A stretch of DNA of 63,610 nt, counting the filler, from Lenisia limosa (Eukaryota > Protista > Breviatea), in NCBI GenBank assembly GCA_001655205.1. It is 8 parts of 8 records of this genome, joined end to end, with 100 filler letters (N's around TTAATTAATTAA, not from the genome) between each part and the next. Parts side by side here need not be neighbours in the genome. Positions count along the whole stretch, not along the records: positions 40,617 to 48,120 come from LPNZ01009139.1; positions 48,221 to 49,265 come from LPNZ01007756.1; positions 49,366 to 61,553 come from LPNZ01007597.1; 5 more parts are not named here. One strand, written 5' to 3'. The number at the start of each line of letters is the position of its first letter. Positions within the stretch are counted from its first letter, which is position 1. A program made the translations under genes and the position numbers. Under the pieces are notes generated by a model that was not told the origin of the DNA, ran no database searches, and saw only the letters and a list, made by a program, of their open reading frames with translations. This document shows, one piece after another, positions 40,617-52,400 of this stretch.

Positions 40617-41640
40617 CCGCATCCCATCACTCCAGAGGGGGGTGAAGAGCGTAGCCGATCAACACCACGTAATCTATATCCGGCTTACGTAATCAATACC
40701 AGGGATATGGGGCCACTGTCTTGTGATATTGCCACCATTTGTGATGACCAAGCCTGGATTATTACTGATGATTTGAGAATAAGGAACAAAAGTAAGAATA
40801 AAGGGTAGAGGAAGATGACCAGAAAAAGATAACGATAAGGATATAATGAGCAAGATCAATGGCAAGAACTAACAATTAAGAAAAAACAAAACATACAGTA
40901 TCATATTAATGTGGTGTGATAATTACTTATCATTGAGACACTACTTCTTCCGAGCCTCCAGCGAATATTGNNNNNNNNNNNNNNNNNNNNNNNNNNNNNN
41001 NNNNNNNNNNNNNNNNNNNNNNNNNNNNNNNNNNNNNNNNNNNNNNNNNNNNNNNNNNNNNNNNNNNNNNNNNNNNNNNNNNNNNNNNCCTCTTGTAAGG
41101 TCCAATTTTGGGGTACTCAGCAAAGGGGATCTGGAATAATGTAAAAGGGGGCTCTCACTAATTCGTCACGCTTCAAGACGCTTCCCCTGACATATGGTCC
41201 TAATGTGTATTTGTTTCCTTTGTCTTGTATTCAATACATTTTTTGAAAAAAAAAAACAAAGAAGACTAAAATAGTGTCGTTAAAATAGATTGCTGACTCA
41301 GAGTGTTCTTCACCAGCAATCATAAAAGTAATGCGCTAATGTTAGCTATATTATCTAACTGAGAAAAGTTCAGGAGAAAAGTTCAGGGGAAATATTATCA
41401 AAAGGGGGTTACAATAATAGATCTTATCTCTTAAACATATGGCAACTGGTAATGATACGAAGGTATTTAAAATTTATCGATATATTTATTAAAAAGAAGA
41501 CCCCCTTGCCTCACCTTCTTGACTTCCCTCGACAACACCGGTTTCTTGGGATTGTCGCTGGTGTTTTCTAACAACAATCCAACCTAGAATAGTCATCATT
41601 ACACGGTGCTCAAGGTTCCCCGATTTCAGGAGTCATGGAA
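40617..41640 (-). CDS. Fragmentary multi-exon gene of unknown function
   Basis: Minus-strand AG/GT exons GSVLKRDEL; IPFAEYPKIGPYKR; IFAGGSEEVVSMIS; NNPGLVITNGGNITRQWPHIPGIDY; interrupted by gaps. Confidence 0.4.
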
Positions 41641-42261
41641 AATAAAGGTTACCTGGTTAAATTCTAATTAACATCAGTATTCCTCTCCTTCCTTACGCTA
41701 AGAGGCAACATTGATTTTCTTCTTCTTACAAACACCAAATACCCAAATTGGTGGAAAAAACATTTTTATCACATATCCAAACTGATATCATACGCTAAGT
41801 AAGATTGCAGTAGTAAATCGTTAAATCACGTCATAATAAGTATTTTTTTCGTTTTTCAACAAGAAGACCATGGACACCTACAAGCTGATCAGGAAGATTC
41901 AACTTGGTTGAGAAACTTCTGAAACCCTGACAAAACGGTCTGCCTGCTGCCCTAATCATAGGAGCGGTTATTGCCTGCATTGCTCTGTTGCTCTCCAGTC
42001 CAAAAATAAAATAATAAAAAATATTTTTGCTTTTTTGCTGGGAATTTTTAATTCTCTTTGCACTGGTACAGACCCTACGGAGGGTAAAAAATATGTGCTG
42101 GTAGGCCCTGGTAGGTAAAGAGTTACCCTTGATTGGCCCTCTGGGACATATATACATGAACTTTAGTAGATACATATACTGACTAAGATTGGCTGAAGAT
42201 TGGTACACATTTATACAGCACGAAACAATGATACATAAACTACATCAACACTTAGGCAAGC

Positions 42262-45006
42262 CTAGACTTTCAGAGGCTTCAGCACGGTCCAGAAGCACTC
42301 GCTGGTCTCCTTACGGTGGTTGTCAAAGTATGTATGGCATTCCACCTCCGTCTCAGTGCCATAGGCAGTCTCAATCGCATGACCTAAGAGGTTAACCACT
42401 GTGAAGAAACACCAATAACAAGAACAAGGATTGGAAGTCCTCCTGTTTCTGTCGTTTTCTGTGAATGTTTTTCTTTGTTTATGTCCTAGTTTCAATAGAG
42501 ACTTTACAACAAAAAAAAAAAAGATTGGAAGATTGGAAGCTCGAAAAGCGTGGACACCAAATCGGATTTGCGAAAGAAAGGCTGATACGAAGTACCAATA
42601 AAGAGTAAGGGTTAACATCGGTGTACCCACCCCGCTGCCCACCAGCAACAGAAAGCGCAAGCCCAGATAAGACGTGCGTCAAAACAACTTCCTCGTGCGC
42701 CTAAACACGTCAACGTAGTGTCATCTTTTTAAATTAATACGAAAATGTAGCGTATGATGCAAAATGAGAATAAGAATATTCGTAGACCTCGTTATAAAAC
42801 TGAGTCATTATTTCTATTGGTGTTCAATCTTCCCAAGGAAACCCAAATCAGAAATTTGCCTCCCCCCCCCAACAGGCACAGGCTTGCCCATGGACTCCAT
42901 TCTCCAGTTCACGTCTTTGTGCTCTATCTACGAAGGTTATTAAACAAATAGTAGTAGAAGCAAGGCAAACTACAGCTTAACGGTTAAAAAAAAAACCAGA
43001 TTGCGTGGGAATTTGGAGTGATATAATAAGATTTTATGGATACCCCACAAATGAAAAGAATATCTACCCTAAGGGCTAGTGCAAGTATTAGTAATCTGAT
43101 ATGGTGTAGTCCTAATCACCCTACAAACTCACTTTCCCCAATCAATGGGAAAGTTAGATCGCCCCCCCCCCCCNNNNNNNNNNNNNNNNNNNNNNNNNNN
43201 NNNNNNNNNNNNNNNNNNNNNNNNNNNNNNNNNNNNNNNNNNNNNNNNNNNNNNNNNNNNNNNNNNNNNNNNNNNNNNNNATGCTTCGACTTCCTCGTTT
43301 GGAAGTCTGGCGTGGCACGCTGCGTATGGACATAGTGCTGAATACGTAACTAGGGAAATATTCAAAAAAATCCCGCGTAACATGTTACTATTGTGGCTAC
43401 GTACGTTGTATACTACACCGTTCTTAATAAATATCAGTATTGTACGTTGTAAGAATACGCAGTGAACCGTCAATATTTAAATAATTAGGGCTTCACTTTG
43501 GTTCAAAAATACCGAATTACTCGATAAATCCTCGAAATCTATCGATATATTTTACCAGTATTTGTGTAACCGAAGTGAAGCCCTCATGGCAATATGTTTA
43601 GAAGATGCAGAAAATCGCCGCAGACCTTTTCAGATCTCAAGTCGTCGTGGGTTTCCAGGGAGAAAACCTGTCCAAAACGGAGGACGCTTCGATCGGAGTC
43701 CGGGTCAACTATGAGGTAATGAGCGAGCTGATGGGACATAGAATAGAATGAGGAAGGAGTGGGGGGAAAGTAACAGAAAAAACCCCACGTATTGTTAAGT
43801 GAACACTCAATTAAACAGGACAATACAAATGTACAAGGGCAAATCAGACCTGGTGGTAATACATGGGCTTCATTTCGGTTCAAAAAAAGACTGAATTTCG
43901 ATAAATCCTCGAAAACCATCGATATTTTCCCGAACCGAAGTGGAGCCTTAGTATGCAGTCCCCTTGCTCACTTGGCATGTTGCAGAAGTTATCACGAGGA
44001 TGCTTCACCACCCGGAAAATATTCCTGAACAATAAAATATGAGCAAAATAAGAATGGAGAAGAGCATAGCTTAGCAAAACTATAAATTGTGCTTTTTTTG
44101 AAAAAATAGCGTTCCCTTTAAAAAGAAACCAATCCTTTCCTTTTTCACTGCGATTTCTCCAGTTCAATTAAAACCATCACATCCTGATGCCAACTAGACC
44201 CCCCACCTGGCAAAAGAACCTGCAGCCGGCGAGGCAGACATTCCAAACGAGGGAAACACAGCACCGTGGTTTTCGTCCTAAAAGTGGTCAGGTGATTGTA
44301 GAACTTCAAAAAATTAAAGAAATAGCACCAGCAGACAATGTAGGATTATGAAGATTATGAAACGAAAGTCCTTGCAAGGACAAAAGACACTTCACAAGTA
44401 GTTGATTTGCATCCCCAAAACATCTCACATCAAGAGCGGCAGCAAGTCTGGTGTTGGTCTTGTCATGGTGCAGCAGAATGAAGTCATTGAACATAACATT
44501 GTTGGTCGGAGAGGGCTCCAGGGAAATAGGCTTTTTTGACGTTTCAACCTGGTGGATGATTATGAGCTACCATATTGTGAAGCAACAGAGTATGTACTGA
44601 AAAAAATAAAGCTATTTACTTTCTATCAATCCTTCGTTTTAACGTCAGAAGGAAACACTTCGCAAACCTTGCCGATAACGGTGGTTGTTGACTTCTTTGA
44701 CTCTTGGTATTTCCTCAACATTTCCTGAAGAAGTTAAATAGCCACATATCGGTTTGTGATGATCACAAATCAGAAGTTTAACAACAAAAACATTCAATTG
44801 GGAGGTGTACGAAAGCTCGAAAAAATAAACGTTAGCCTATTACACCATCACTTGAAAATACCCTTTGCTACTGTCCAAAAAAATTGTACAATTAATAAAA
44901 GCCAAGAAAAAGCCCGTGTGATATGGAAGTCGCCTACCTCTTCTTCAAGTCGCTGTTCGAACCAATTTCCAACCATAACTCCAGAATGGAGGTATTGGTT
45001 AGACAT
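42262..45006 (-). CDS. CFAP161: Cilia- and flagella-associated protein 161 homolog (axonemal microtubule inner protein)
   Basis: N-terminus MSNQYLHSGVMVGNWFEQRLEEEEML (cf. vertebrate GVRIGNWNEDVYLEEE), ARNIFRVV, VLRFGQVFSL, and C-terminus TAYGTETEVECHTYFDNHRKETSECFWTV (cf. TYFGKEAEVVAHTYLDSHRVEKPRNHWML); motif order is colinear. Comparison is from recalled sequence. Confidence 0.8.
43486..43585. mobile_element. hAT-type MITE (subfamily A) in a CFAP161 intron
   Basis: tagggcttcactttggtt...aaccgaagtgaagccct; ~100 bp; no clear TSD. Confidence 0.8.
43863..43950. mobile_element. hAT-type MITE (subfamily A) in a CFAP161 intron
   Basis: tgggcttcatttcggttcaaaaaaagac...gaaccgaagtggagcctta. Confidence 0.75.
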
Positions 45007-45278
45007 GGTGGTGAAGAAGCGAAGAAAACGGGCTTTCCTCTACAAAACAATTTTCAAGCAATTTCTAAATTGATAGCAGTTGTTTTAAATTCACAAATAT
45101 AGCAGCAAGTTTATGTAGTTTTAGAGAAGCGGAAAAGAAAAACCTCCTGGGAACAAGGTATAGTTTTCGAAGTTTATCGATGTATTTCGAATTTGTCTTT
45201 ATGAGACAAGGAACAGCTAAATGGCTTTTCTTTCGTTGGTACTCTTTTTAGGTTATATTTTTAAACAAGTTATACGGA

Positions 45279-48077
45279 ATGGGAGATCAATCCACAGCGC
45301 ATCAAGCGCGGGTGCTGATCAAGTTTGTTCCTGTCGCTCCCCCCAACTTCTCTTACCATTTAGACAAGCTGTTGAGATAGAGAAACGGCTCAAGAGCAAG
45401 GAACATGACCCAGCAGACGCTAGTAATCTTCTACAAGAGTGGGTTGTGGACAACTGTTGAGATGTTTTAGACATAGAGGTGAGAAATAAAAAAAGATTTA
45501 TGCAATAGCATATCCTTCGTGTATCAGAAAGGTGGTCTATTTCCATAGCTATTTTAACAAGTGATAATTTACAAGTTTTTTTATTGTAGTTTACAAAGTT
45601 GCGGAAAACTCAATCGAATCTCCTCTGACAATGTTTAGAATGTTGGAGCTTTTCCAGAAGTCTGTAATGGTTGACCCTGAATACGCAGCAAGGAAGAATG
45701 TGATTCACATTGCATGGAGAGCAGCCTTCTATCGTTCAATCGAGAAGAACAGGGCCATTTTGGTGGGGAGGGGGTGGGGAACGACCAGGGTGAGACATAA
45801 TAGAGTATCTTTCAGTCATTTTTCACATCCACTCGTGGAATGGGTATATTGACAAGTCGCAATGTGTTCGGTCATAATTCATTCTTGATTTCGTTCGCTT
45901 GATAGTACTGCGTGTTTACCAGAATAAACAATGGACGAAATTCTCTAATGACTCTATTGTGCGTAAGTTTGCAATGGAAGAGTTAGGAACTCAAAACACA
46001 TTATAAATATCGAATACTTTCTGGTGAGAGTTTAATTTGTTGAGGACTCTTTGGGTAGCCCATAGAATTAAACCAGGTTGTGGTTGGAGAGAATTGTCAC
46101 GGATATCCGAACATAAACTTTGCTCTCTTATCTCAATAATAATTTCTTTTAATACACGGAATCTAAATCTCGCAAGTTACGCTCGTTTACGGTTCTTTTG
46201 TCCTTCGACCGGCCAGTTTCTCCAACCGCAACCTGTTTTAATACTCAAAACACTGTTTGACCCCCTAGTTGTCACACCCCCCCATGGATTCTGAGAAGCG
46301 CCAAAAGGCTGCGGGTAGGCTCCTGCATAGGGAATCACGTCGGTTCAAAAAAGACCGGTAAAATATCGAACGTTTTCGACAATTTATCGATAAATTCGGT
46401 CTTTTTTCGAACCGAAGTGAAGCCCTACTCCTGCATTTCACAAAGATACTTCTTTTTGTTTTTTCTAGGTTGTCAGTATCATAGCTTCTTCTAATTCTAT
46501 GAAAACTGTTTTATGGTTGCCTTAGGAAATCGGTCAAGACTTATCCCGGTCAGTGTATGTACATATATACAATATAAACAACATACATTAATCAAATATT
46601 CGCACAACAGTAATTATAAATAAAATCAATACCTTATAGCAAAACATATGATATAGTAACATAGTTATATAATGACATATCGTATATCATTGGTACATAT
46701 CTCGTTTGATACTTTGCCTCACACTGAAGTCGAGCTCTTTCAAGTTTGCGAACATAGTCAAACCTTCTTCCAAAGCGTCCAACACACTCTGGCAAGTCAA
46801 CACCCTGGTTGCCGGGGGGAGGGGGTAAATGCGTGTGTACCTCTGTGAATTTCGTCTGGCCTGTGTTTTGTTTCTCAAACCGTGTCAGATGTTAAGTCAT
46901 CAGGGTCAATTCCAATGTTGATTTTTTGTTGTTGTGAAAATATACATGATATTTGGGCCTTTCTTCAATAATGTCCACAAATCATAGTATTTTATGGTTT
47001 GTGCGTACTAAGTGTCATGTTTTATGTCATATGATATGTATATTGTATGCTGGGGAGGCACGCAGAAAGCTGTGTGCACAGAGTTGTAAGGCAATTGATT
47101 GGGTGAATTAATATTAAACTATAATCCAATATCTCTTATAAGCGTGATGTGTGGACGGCTTCGGCCAGATACTACTATATTTTTTATTTCTCATTGCTAT
47201 ATACTAGATGATATATCATATATGATATTATGTAATACTTGTAGGACTTCCCTACGATCCAAAAATGACTGTTTAAATATTGATGTTTGTCGAGGATTTA
47301 TCGGGAAATTCAGTCTTTTTTGGGCCGTAGGGAATATACGTGCATGTATTCATCTTTGAGTCGGCCACTAATCAGAATCAGGAGTTACCACTTCACGTGA
47401 TATGATTGTTGCCCAGTGTTACGTCTGTATCGGCGATGCTTGTATGGGGGGTGAGGGTGGAAAAGATCATAGAGTGATAATAATGTACAGTGACCGGGAT
47501 AAGTCGTGACCGATTTGCTATATGATTTCCCCAAGAGAAAATCGGTCAAAACTTATCTTGGTCACTGTATATTTTTAAAGGGATTCATTCTGAGGCAATA
47601 GTTTTATGGCGCAATTACGCCCCCCCCCCCCCNNNNNNNNNNNNNNNNNNNNNNNNNNNNNNNNNNNNNNNNNNNNNNNNNNNNNNATTTTACCCATCAG
47701 ACCGATACACTGAGTCGATTAAATCCGAAGAAGGCAAAGATATGTATGTGGGGGATTGAAGAAAAATACATCTTACAATTTAACTTTTTAAAAAATCAAC
47801 CAATTTTAATCTGCATTCAAGTTTTTATTTCGTTGCTCTGGTCTGAATTTGATTTTTTTGAGATAAGTCTTGACCAGTTCGATATCATAGAATTGGTCAA
47901 GACTTTAAGGGGTCGTCCAATATATGTATAAGCCTAATTTTCGGCTTGAGCCTATACCCCCCATACCCCATATGAATACCAAGCATCTGAGCCTAAAATA
48001 GATATTTCGCACACTGACATGCAGGTCCCGTCCATGGGATGCGTACAACAAGGCTGCCATCCTTCTACCTATGAAAG
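45279..48077 (+). CDS. Est1/SMG5-SMG7-like protein, N-terminal TPR (Est1) domain; truncated at assembly join
   Basis: Spliced motifs MLELFQKSVMVDPEYAARKNVIHIAWRAAFYRSIEKNR; ELFQVCEHSQTFFQSVQHTL; AQCYVCIGD(L)DRY; WDAYNKAAILLPMKG. These follow the family order LW..FY..IE / CL..LGDL.RY / Y..A..L.P..G. Confidence 0.78.
46328..46427. mobile_element. hAT-type MITE (subfamily A), 100 bp, 8-bp TSD ctcctgca
   Basis: taggg...gtgaagcccta flanked by ctcctgca at 46320-46327 and 46428-46435. Confidence 0.9.
47047..47200 (+). repeat. Dispersed intronic hairpin element (family C), full-length
   Basis: Colinear with 28840-28990; hairpins gcacgcag-aaag-ctgtgtgc and ggc-ttcg-gcc; T-rich tail. Confidence 0.9.
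47242..47338. mobile_element. hAT-type MITE (subfamily B), right end decayed
   Basis: taggacttccctacgatcc...gggccgtagggaa with the family core. Confidence 0.7.
47488..47567. mobile_element. Tc1/mariner-type MITE, 80 bp, 29-bp TIRs, TA TSD
   Basis: ta|cagtgaccgggataagtcgtgaccgattt ... aaatcggtcaaaacttatcttggtcactg|ta; a solo right TIR lies at ~46527-46555. Confidence 0.8.
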
Positions 48078-48400
48078 GTATGCGCTTCACGCCCATATAA
48101 GAAATAGCAGGATAAAAGAGNNNNNNNNNNNNNNNNNNNNNNNNNNNNNNNNNNNNNNNNNNNNTTAATTAATTAANNNNNNNNNNNNNNNNNNNNNNNN
48201 NNNNNNNNNNNNNNNNNNNNATGAATAAATACTGTAATACTCACCTTATTCTATCAAGGAAAATGTTCAATTGGCTTGTTTTCACAGATAGAGGAAAATT
48301 CACAGATATATGGACGGTGTGATATAGTGTATTTTTTTTAATTTTTTCAGTTGATTTGGGTTTTTTTTCTGTCATTAATTTTTCAATTTTACCCCCCCAG

Positions 48401-48448
48401 GCCGCCCTACTTGACAAGAACCCTCTCCACCGCCCGAGTGCCGATGAA
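48401..48448 (+). CDS. Isolated exon resembling protein-kinase subdomain XI
   Basis: AG/GT-bounded AALLDKNPLHRPSADE (LL.KDP..RPSA.E pattern) on a short contig bounded by two linker gaps. Confidence 0.45.
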
Positions 48449-48540
48449 GTGGGTCCTGGGGTATATTGCGCCCATATTGGGCTATTCTAAAAATGGGTGA
48501 ACAATATTATGGTTGCAAATGGCTTGATGGCTTAGGCTTG

Positions 48541-48685
48541 TCTAATAATGGTGTGTAATAATGGTGTCTAATAATGGTGTGTAATAATGGTGTCTAATAA
48601 TGGTGTCTAATAATGGTGTCTAATAATGGTGTCTAATAATGGTATCTAATAATGGTGTCTAATAATGGTGTCTAATATTGGTGTG
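48541..48685. repeat. Minisatellite, 13-bp unit taataatggtgt(c/g) x ~11
   Basis: Direct inspection. Confidence 0.95.
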
Positions 48686-49187
48686 TAGTTGCAAAAGTTA
48701 ACCTTTTATTTTTCTAATTTTGTTCCTAAAAAAGGACTTTTATCACTTTTTATAATTTAATATATTTTCTTGCTCAAAGAAAAACTGAAACTGCGTGGAC
48801 TGGGAGTTATGGATACCCCTACCCCCATGATGAGATGCGGTGCTGCAGAAGTGACTGGGTTTTGTTTGTTTGTTCTCAGCCCTCGTGTGTTGCAAGCCAA
48901 TAGACTTGATTTGGCTTTTTATACTTAAATTTTCAAATTTCATCCCCCCCTCCCAAAATGAAATCAGTTTCACACCCCTAGGTTGCCCAAATTGCCTCGA
49001 GACAAATGTCGCAATTCAGCACAAAAACGGTTGGTTTTGAAAGATTGTTTGAAAGGGGTTGGCTTGGGAATTTAGTTTTGAAGCACCCCTCATAAAACCC
49101 CAGCCCCTCTATACCGCCTGCATGAGCCCCCCTGATGCCAGGGTGTCCGAAGCCCGTCAGAGACCCATGTGGGGGGTGTATCGTATG

Positions 49188-49265
49188 TGAGTATAATTCT
49201 ATCATATGAGTATAATTCTAACATATGAGTATAATTCTATCATATGAGTATAATTCTATCATATG
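49188..49265. repeat. Minisatellite, 19-bp unit tgagtataattctatcata x 4, running into a gap
   Basis: Direct inspection. Confidence 0.9.
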
Positions 49266-49496
49266 NNNNNNNNNNNNNNNNNNNNNNNNNNNNNNNNNNN
49301 NNNNNNNNNTTAATTAATTAANNNNNNNNNNNNNNNNNNNNNNNNNNNNNNNNNNNNNNNNNNNNGGGGGGGGGGGTTACTGAACCGCTATGCATTTATT
49401 CTTGACTCGTTGCTCTCAAAAACACAGAAATCAGTTTAGAAAATCAAAAAGGTGATATATTCCTGTCCTTTTTGTTTATTTACCCTCACTATTCAG

Positions 49497-52400
49497 GTCG
49501 AGTAGCGCGGGTCAGCGGAGGAAGGCGGCAGAACGGGTGGGTTTTCGGTCCAATCTGATTATTTGAACTATACACCCAGTCAGATCCATGATGACCACGT
49601 GATCTCATTGCAACAGTTTGTACGCCAAGTTGCCGCCGATAACAACAAACTGAAGGTGTCGCAAAAGGAGGAGCTGAGAGCAAGTGTTTTGGTTGGCGAG
49701 GGGAGTATATGAAGTGTTTTGGTTGGCGAGGGGAGTATCTAACCTACCTTATTAGGGCCTCAATATCACTTTTTGGTTCTGCGAACTATTTTATTAGTGT
49801 AAATTGATCGATCAGGGTGAACCCTCATGTTGTCTTTGTTCTTTGGGCACATATAAACTCGGAATGCCTGCAATTAATTTTGAGACCAAGTTAATATTAT
49901 ATGATATTCTCAGTTCAGAATAATTCACACAATTGATTCTCACTTCAAGCCATCTTTTCCATCACCTACAAGGCCACGGCCGACCAGCACCAGGAGAAGC
50001 TGCGCAAGAAGGTCAACAACCGTGCACCATCACCAGCAGCCCGAAGGTGAGTGCTGTTCTTGATGTGATTGTTTTTGTATCCACCATCGCTTAAATGAAA
50101 TGTATTGATATTTTTGGCTCTTTTTGTTACTCTTTCCAGTTTACTCCTCCACCCCCCTTTCACATATTTCCATTTCCTTTAACGCCACTAGAGCGCCTTC
50201 ACAGTCCGCCGCCTCCATCAGCAAGACTATTGTCAGCGAAATGCGACCGGATGGTGTGTTATAAGATGGAACGTTATATATATTCATCACGCATACCAAC
50301 TTCCCCCCAAATGTTTCACAACAGAGTTGATTTTGGTTTATTTTTGCTTCATAACTTTCCTATTTTTACCCCCTCCCCCCAGACAATGAAAAGCGGCTGC
50401 AGAAGGCCCGGGAGGAAGTCGCTAAAAAACGGCAGTTACGAGCGGGACGTGCAATGTGGGAGGTTAAAGAGTTTAATATATTACTCAGTTCAAACAGTAT
50501 AGATTTGTGTGAAACCCCTTTTGAAGTAACTGAAACAGCTGTGCGGAGCGGAATTTGATTCATCATCAAATCAGTTCCGATGAAGAGATCCGACAGGCTA
50601 AAATGATGGGTGTGGACCCTAGGTGTATGGGGTTGGTGTGGACCCTAGGTGTGTGGGAGATTAAATATAAGGTTCATCATATCTTAGCTGTAAGTGTAAC
50701 ATTGGACTTTGTGCTGTTGATCATAGTGAGCATAAAGAGGAAAGTCACAACTAACAAAATATAATGAGAGTTGCCCTCCCCTTATAAATTTCTATTTGAA
50801 TCCTGTCATATATAAAACATGCATATTATATCATATAATATGGATTATATTGACGAAACATTTCATGAATATTATAATCGTACTATTGCCCTCGTATCTA
50901 ACACCATAGCTTGCTCAAATCCGAACCTGTCCTCTCATTTGGAAGCAAAGTCAAGACCACTCCCAGAAGGGAATCCGAAAAAGCGTCAAAAAGTACCCCC
51001 ATGTCCGCTTCAGCTGAGGAGGCAAGGGAAAAGGTACGCGGGGTGGGGTGTTGACTGTTTATGTAGTTCAACCTTTTTTGCTTGTTTTTTTTTTTTTGTT
51101 NNNNNNNNNNNNNNNNNNNNNNNNNNNNNNNNNNNNNNNNNNNNNNNNNNNNNNNNNNNNNNNNNNNNNNNNNNNNNAAGCTCAACACCAGCACCCCACC
51201 CTCGAGGCGTGGTGTGCTGGATTTGAGATTATATCGGAATTTCAAACTCAAATTGGGATTTTTGTGGTTGTATATAGTACGTGCACATATAAATACTAAA
51301 TCACAGTATCAAGACACGGGTCAATACATTCGAATAACTTAAACCCAAGCACCAAGCTTTAACACCTCCAGCAGCACCTTCCTCCCGACCCACCACTCCC
51401 AGGCAGCCAGGTGCTCCACCTCAGGTATGTAGTGTCAAAAGGTTTTTCAACTTGGCAGTACATACCAAGATGCAACTGCACTGTGTTTCAGGAGTTGGGT
51501 ACGGTTCCTTTCTCAACTTAGATATTTCATATCACCACTGTTTACTATCAGACTGAGAGTGGTTTTTTATTACAAGTAGCAGGTGGTGTTATTTGACGGG
51601 TATATCTTATGTAGTGTGTATGTGGGGGGTCTATATGTCGATATCAACTCACCGTCAGGTTGGTGGCACAGTGGCCATCAAAACTGCCCGTGCCCGCAGC
51701 CCCGCTCCCATCAGGTCTCAGCCGAAGAAGACCGAAGCTGCCCCTGCCCCCACTAAAAGTTGGCTGCCTGGTACTACAGCTGATTATGTTTTTCAGCTCC
51801 AATGGGAACACTGACAATTTCTATTCATTTCCCTCATATTCCTTCACGTCAAGTTAATATTTTGCCTCATGCGAAGCCAGTATTTTGCTTCACATTGTAG
51901 CGCCACTCAAGAAAAAGCCCTCCCCGAAGCCCTCCACCACGCCTGTTGGTACCAGAATCCAACCAAGGCCGAAGAAAGAACACGAAAAGGTGGGCAATGA
52001 TGGGTTTTCATCCTCCCTCTCGATGAGCTCAAAGAGAAGTAATGTAGAATCTTGAATGATATTGGTTTCATTTTGATTTATGGGAATGGAAGAGATGTGA
52101 ACATATCAGTTCTCAAGTATTTTATTTGTTTATTTTTTAATGAAAAACGTGAACCACACACGCAAACATTCTCTCTATCGTTGTGTATCGACAGCTTTGC
52201 TCTGCCCCTTTCGCACAACTGATCCGCTTTATAGGCCGCCAATAGCCCAAATAGAGTCACGAAGGCACCTCTGCTCTTCAAGGAGCCAACGAGCTTCACG
52301 CCCATCAAAAACGCGGGCAAGAGCGTGGGTGGGAGTAAAAATAGACACTGTGTATGTGTGTGTAGCTATTTTGTGTGTTTTTAGCCAGACAAAGCGGTGA

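Noticed and set aside
42262-42400. LLGHAIETAYG resembling the 3-dehydroquinate synthase GHAIE motif
   Set aside because: The surrounding residues fit the CFAP161 C-terminus, and no other DHQS motifs are present.
46687-46878. Minus-strand exon-like ORF VLTCQSVLDALEEGLTMFANLKELDFS
   Set aside because: The same bases on the plus strand give an in-phase Est1-family helix (ELFQVCEHSQTFFQSVQHTL), so this is an antisense shadow.
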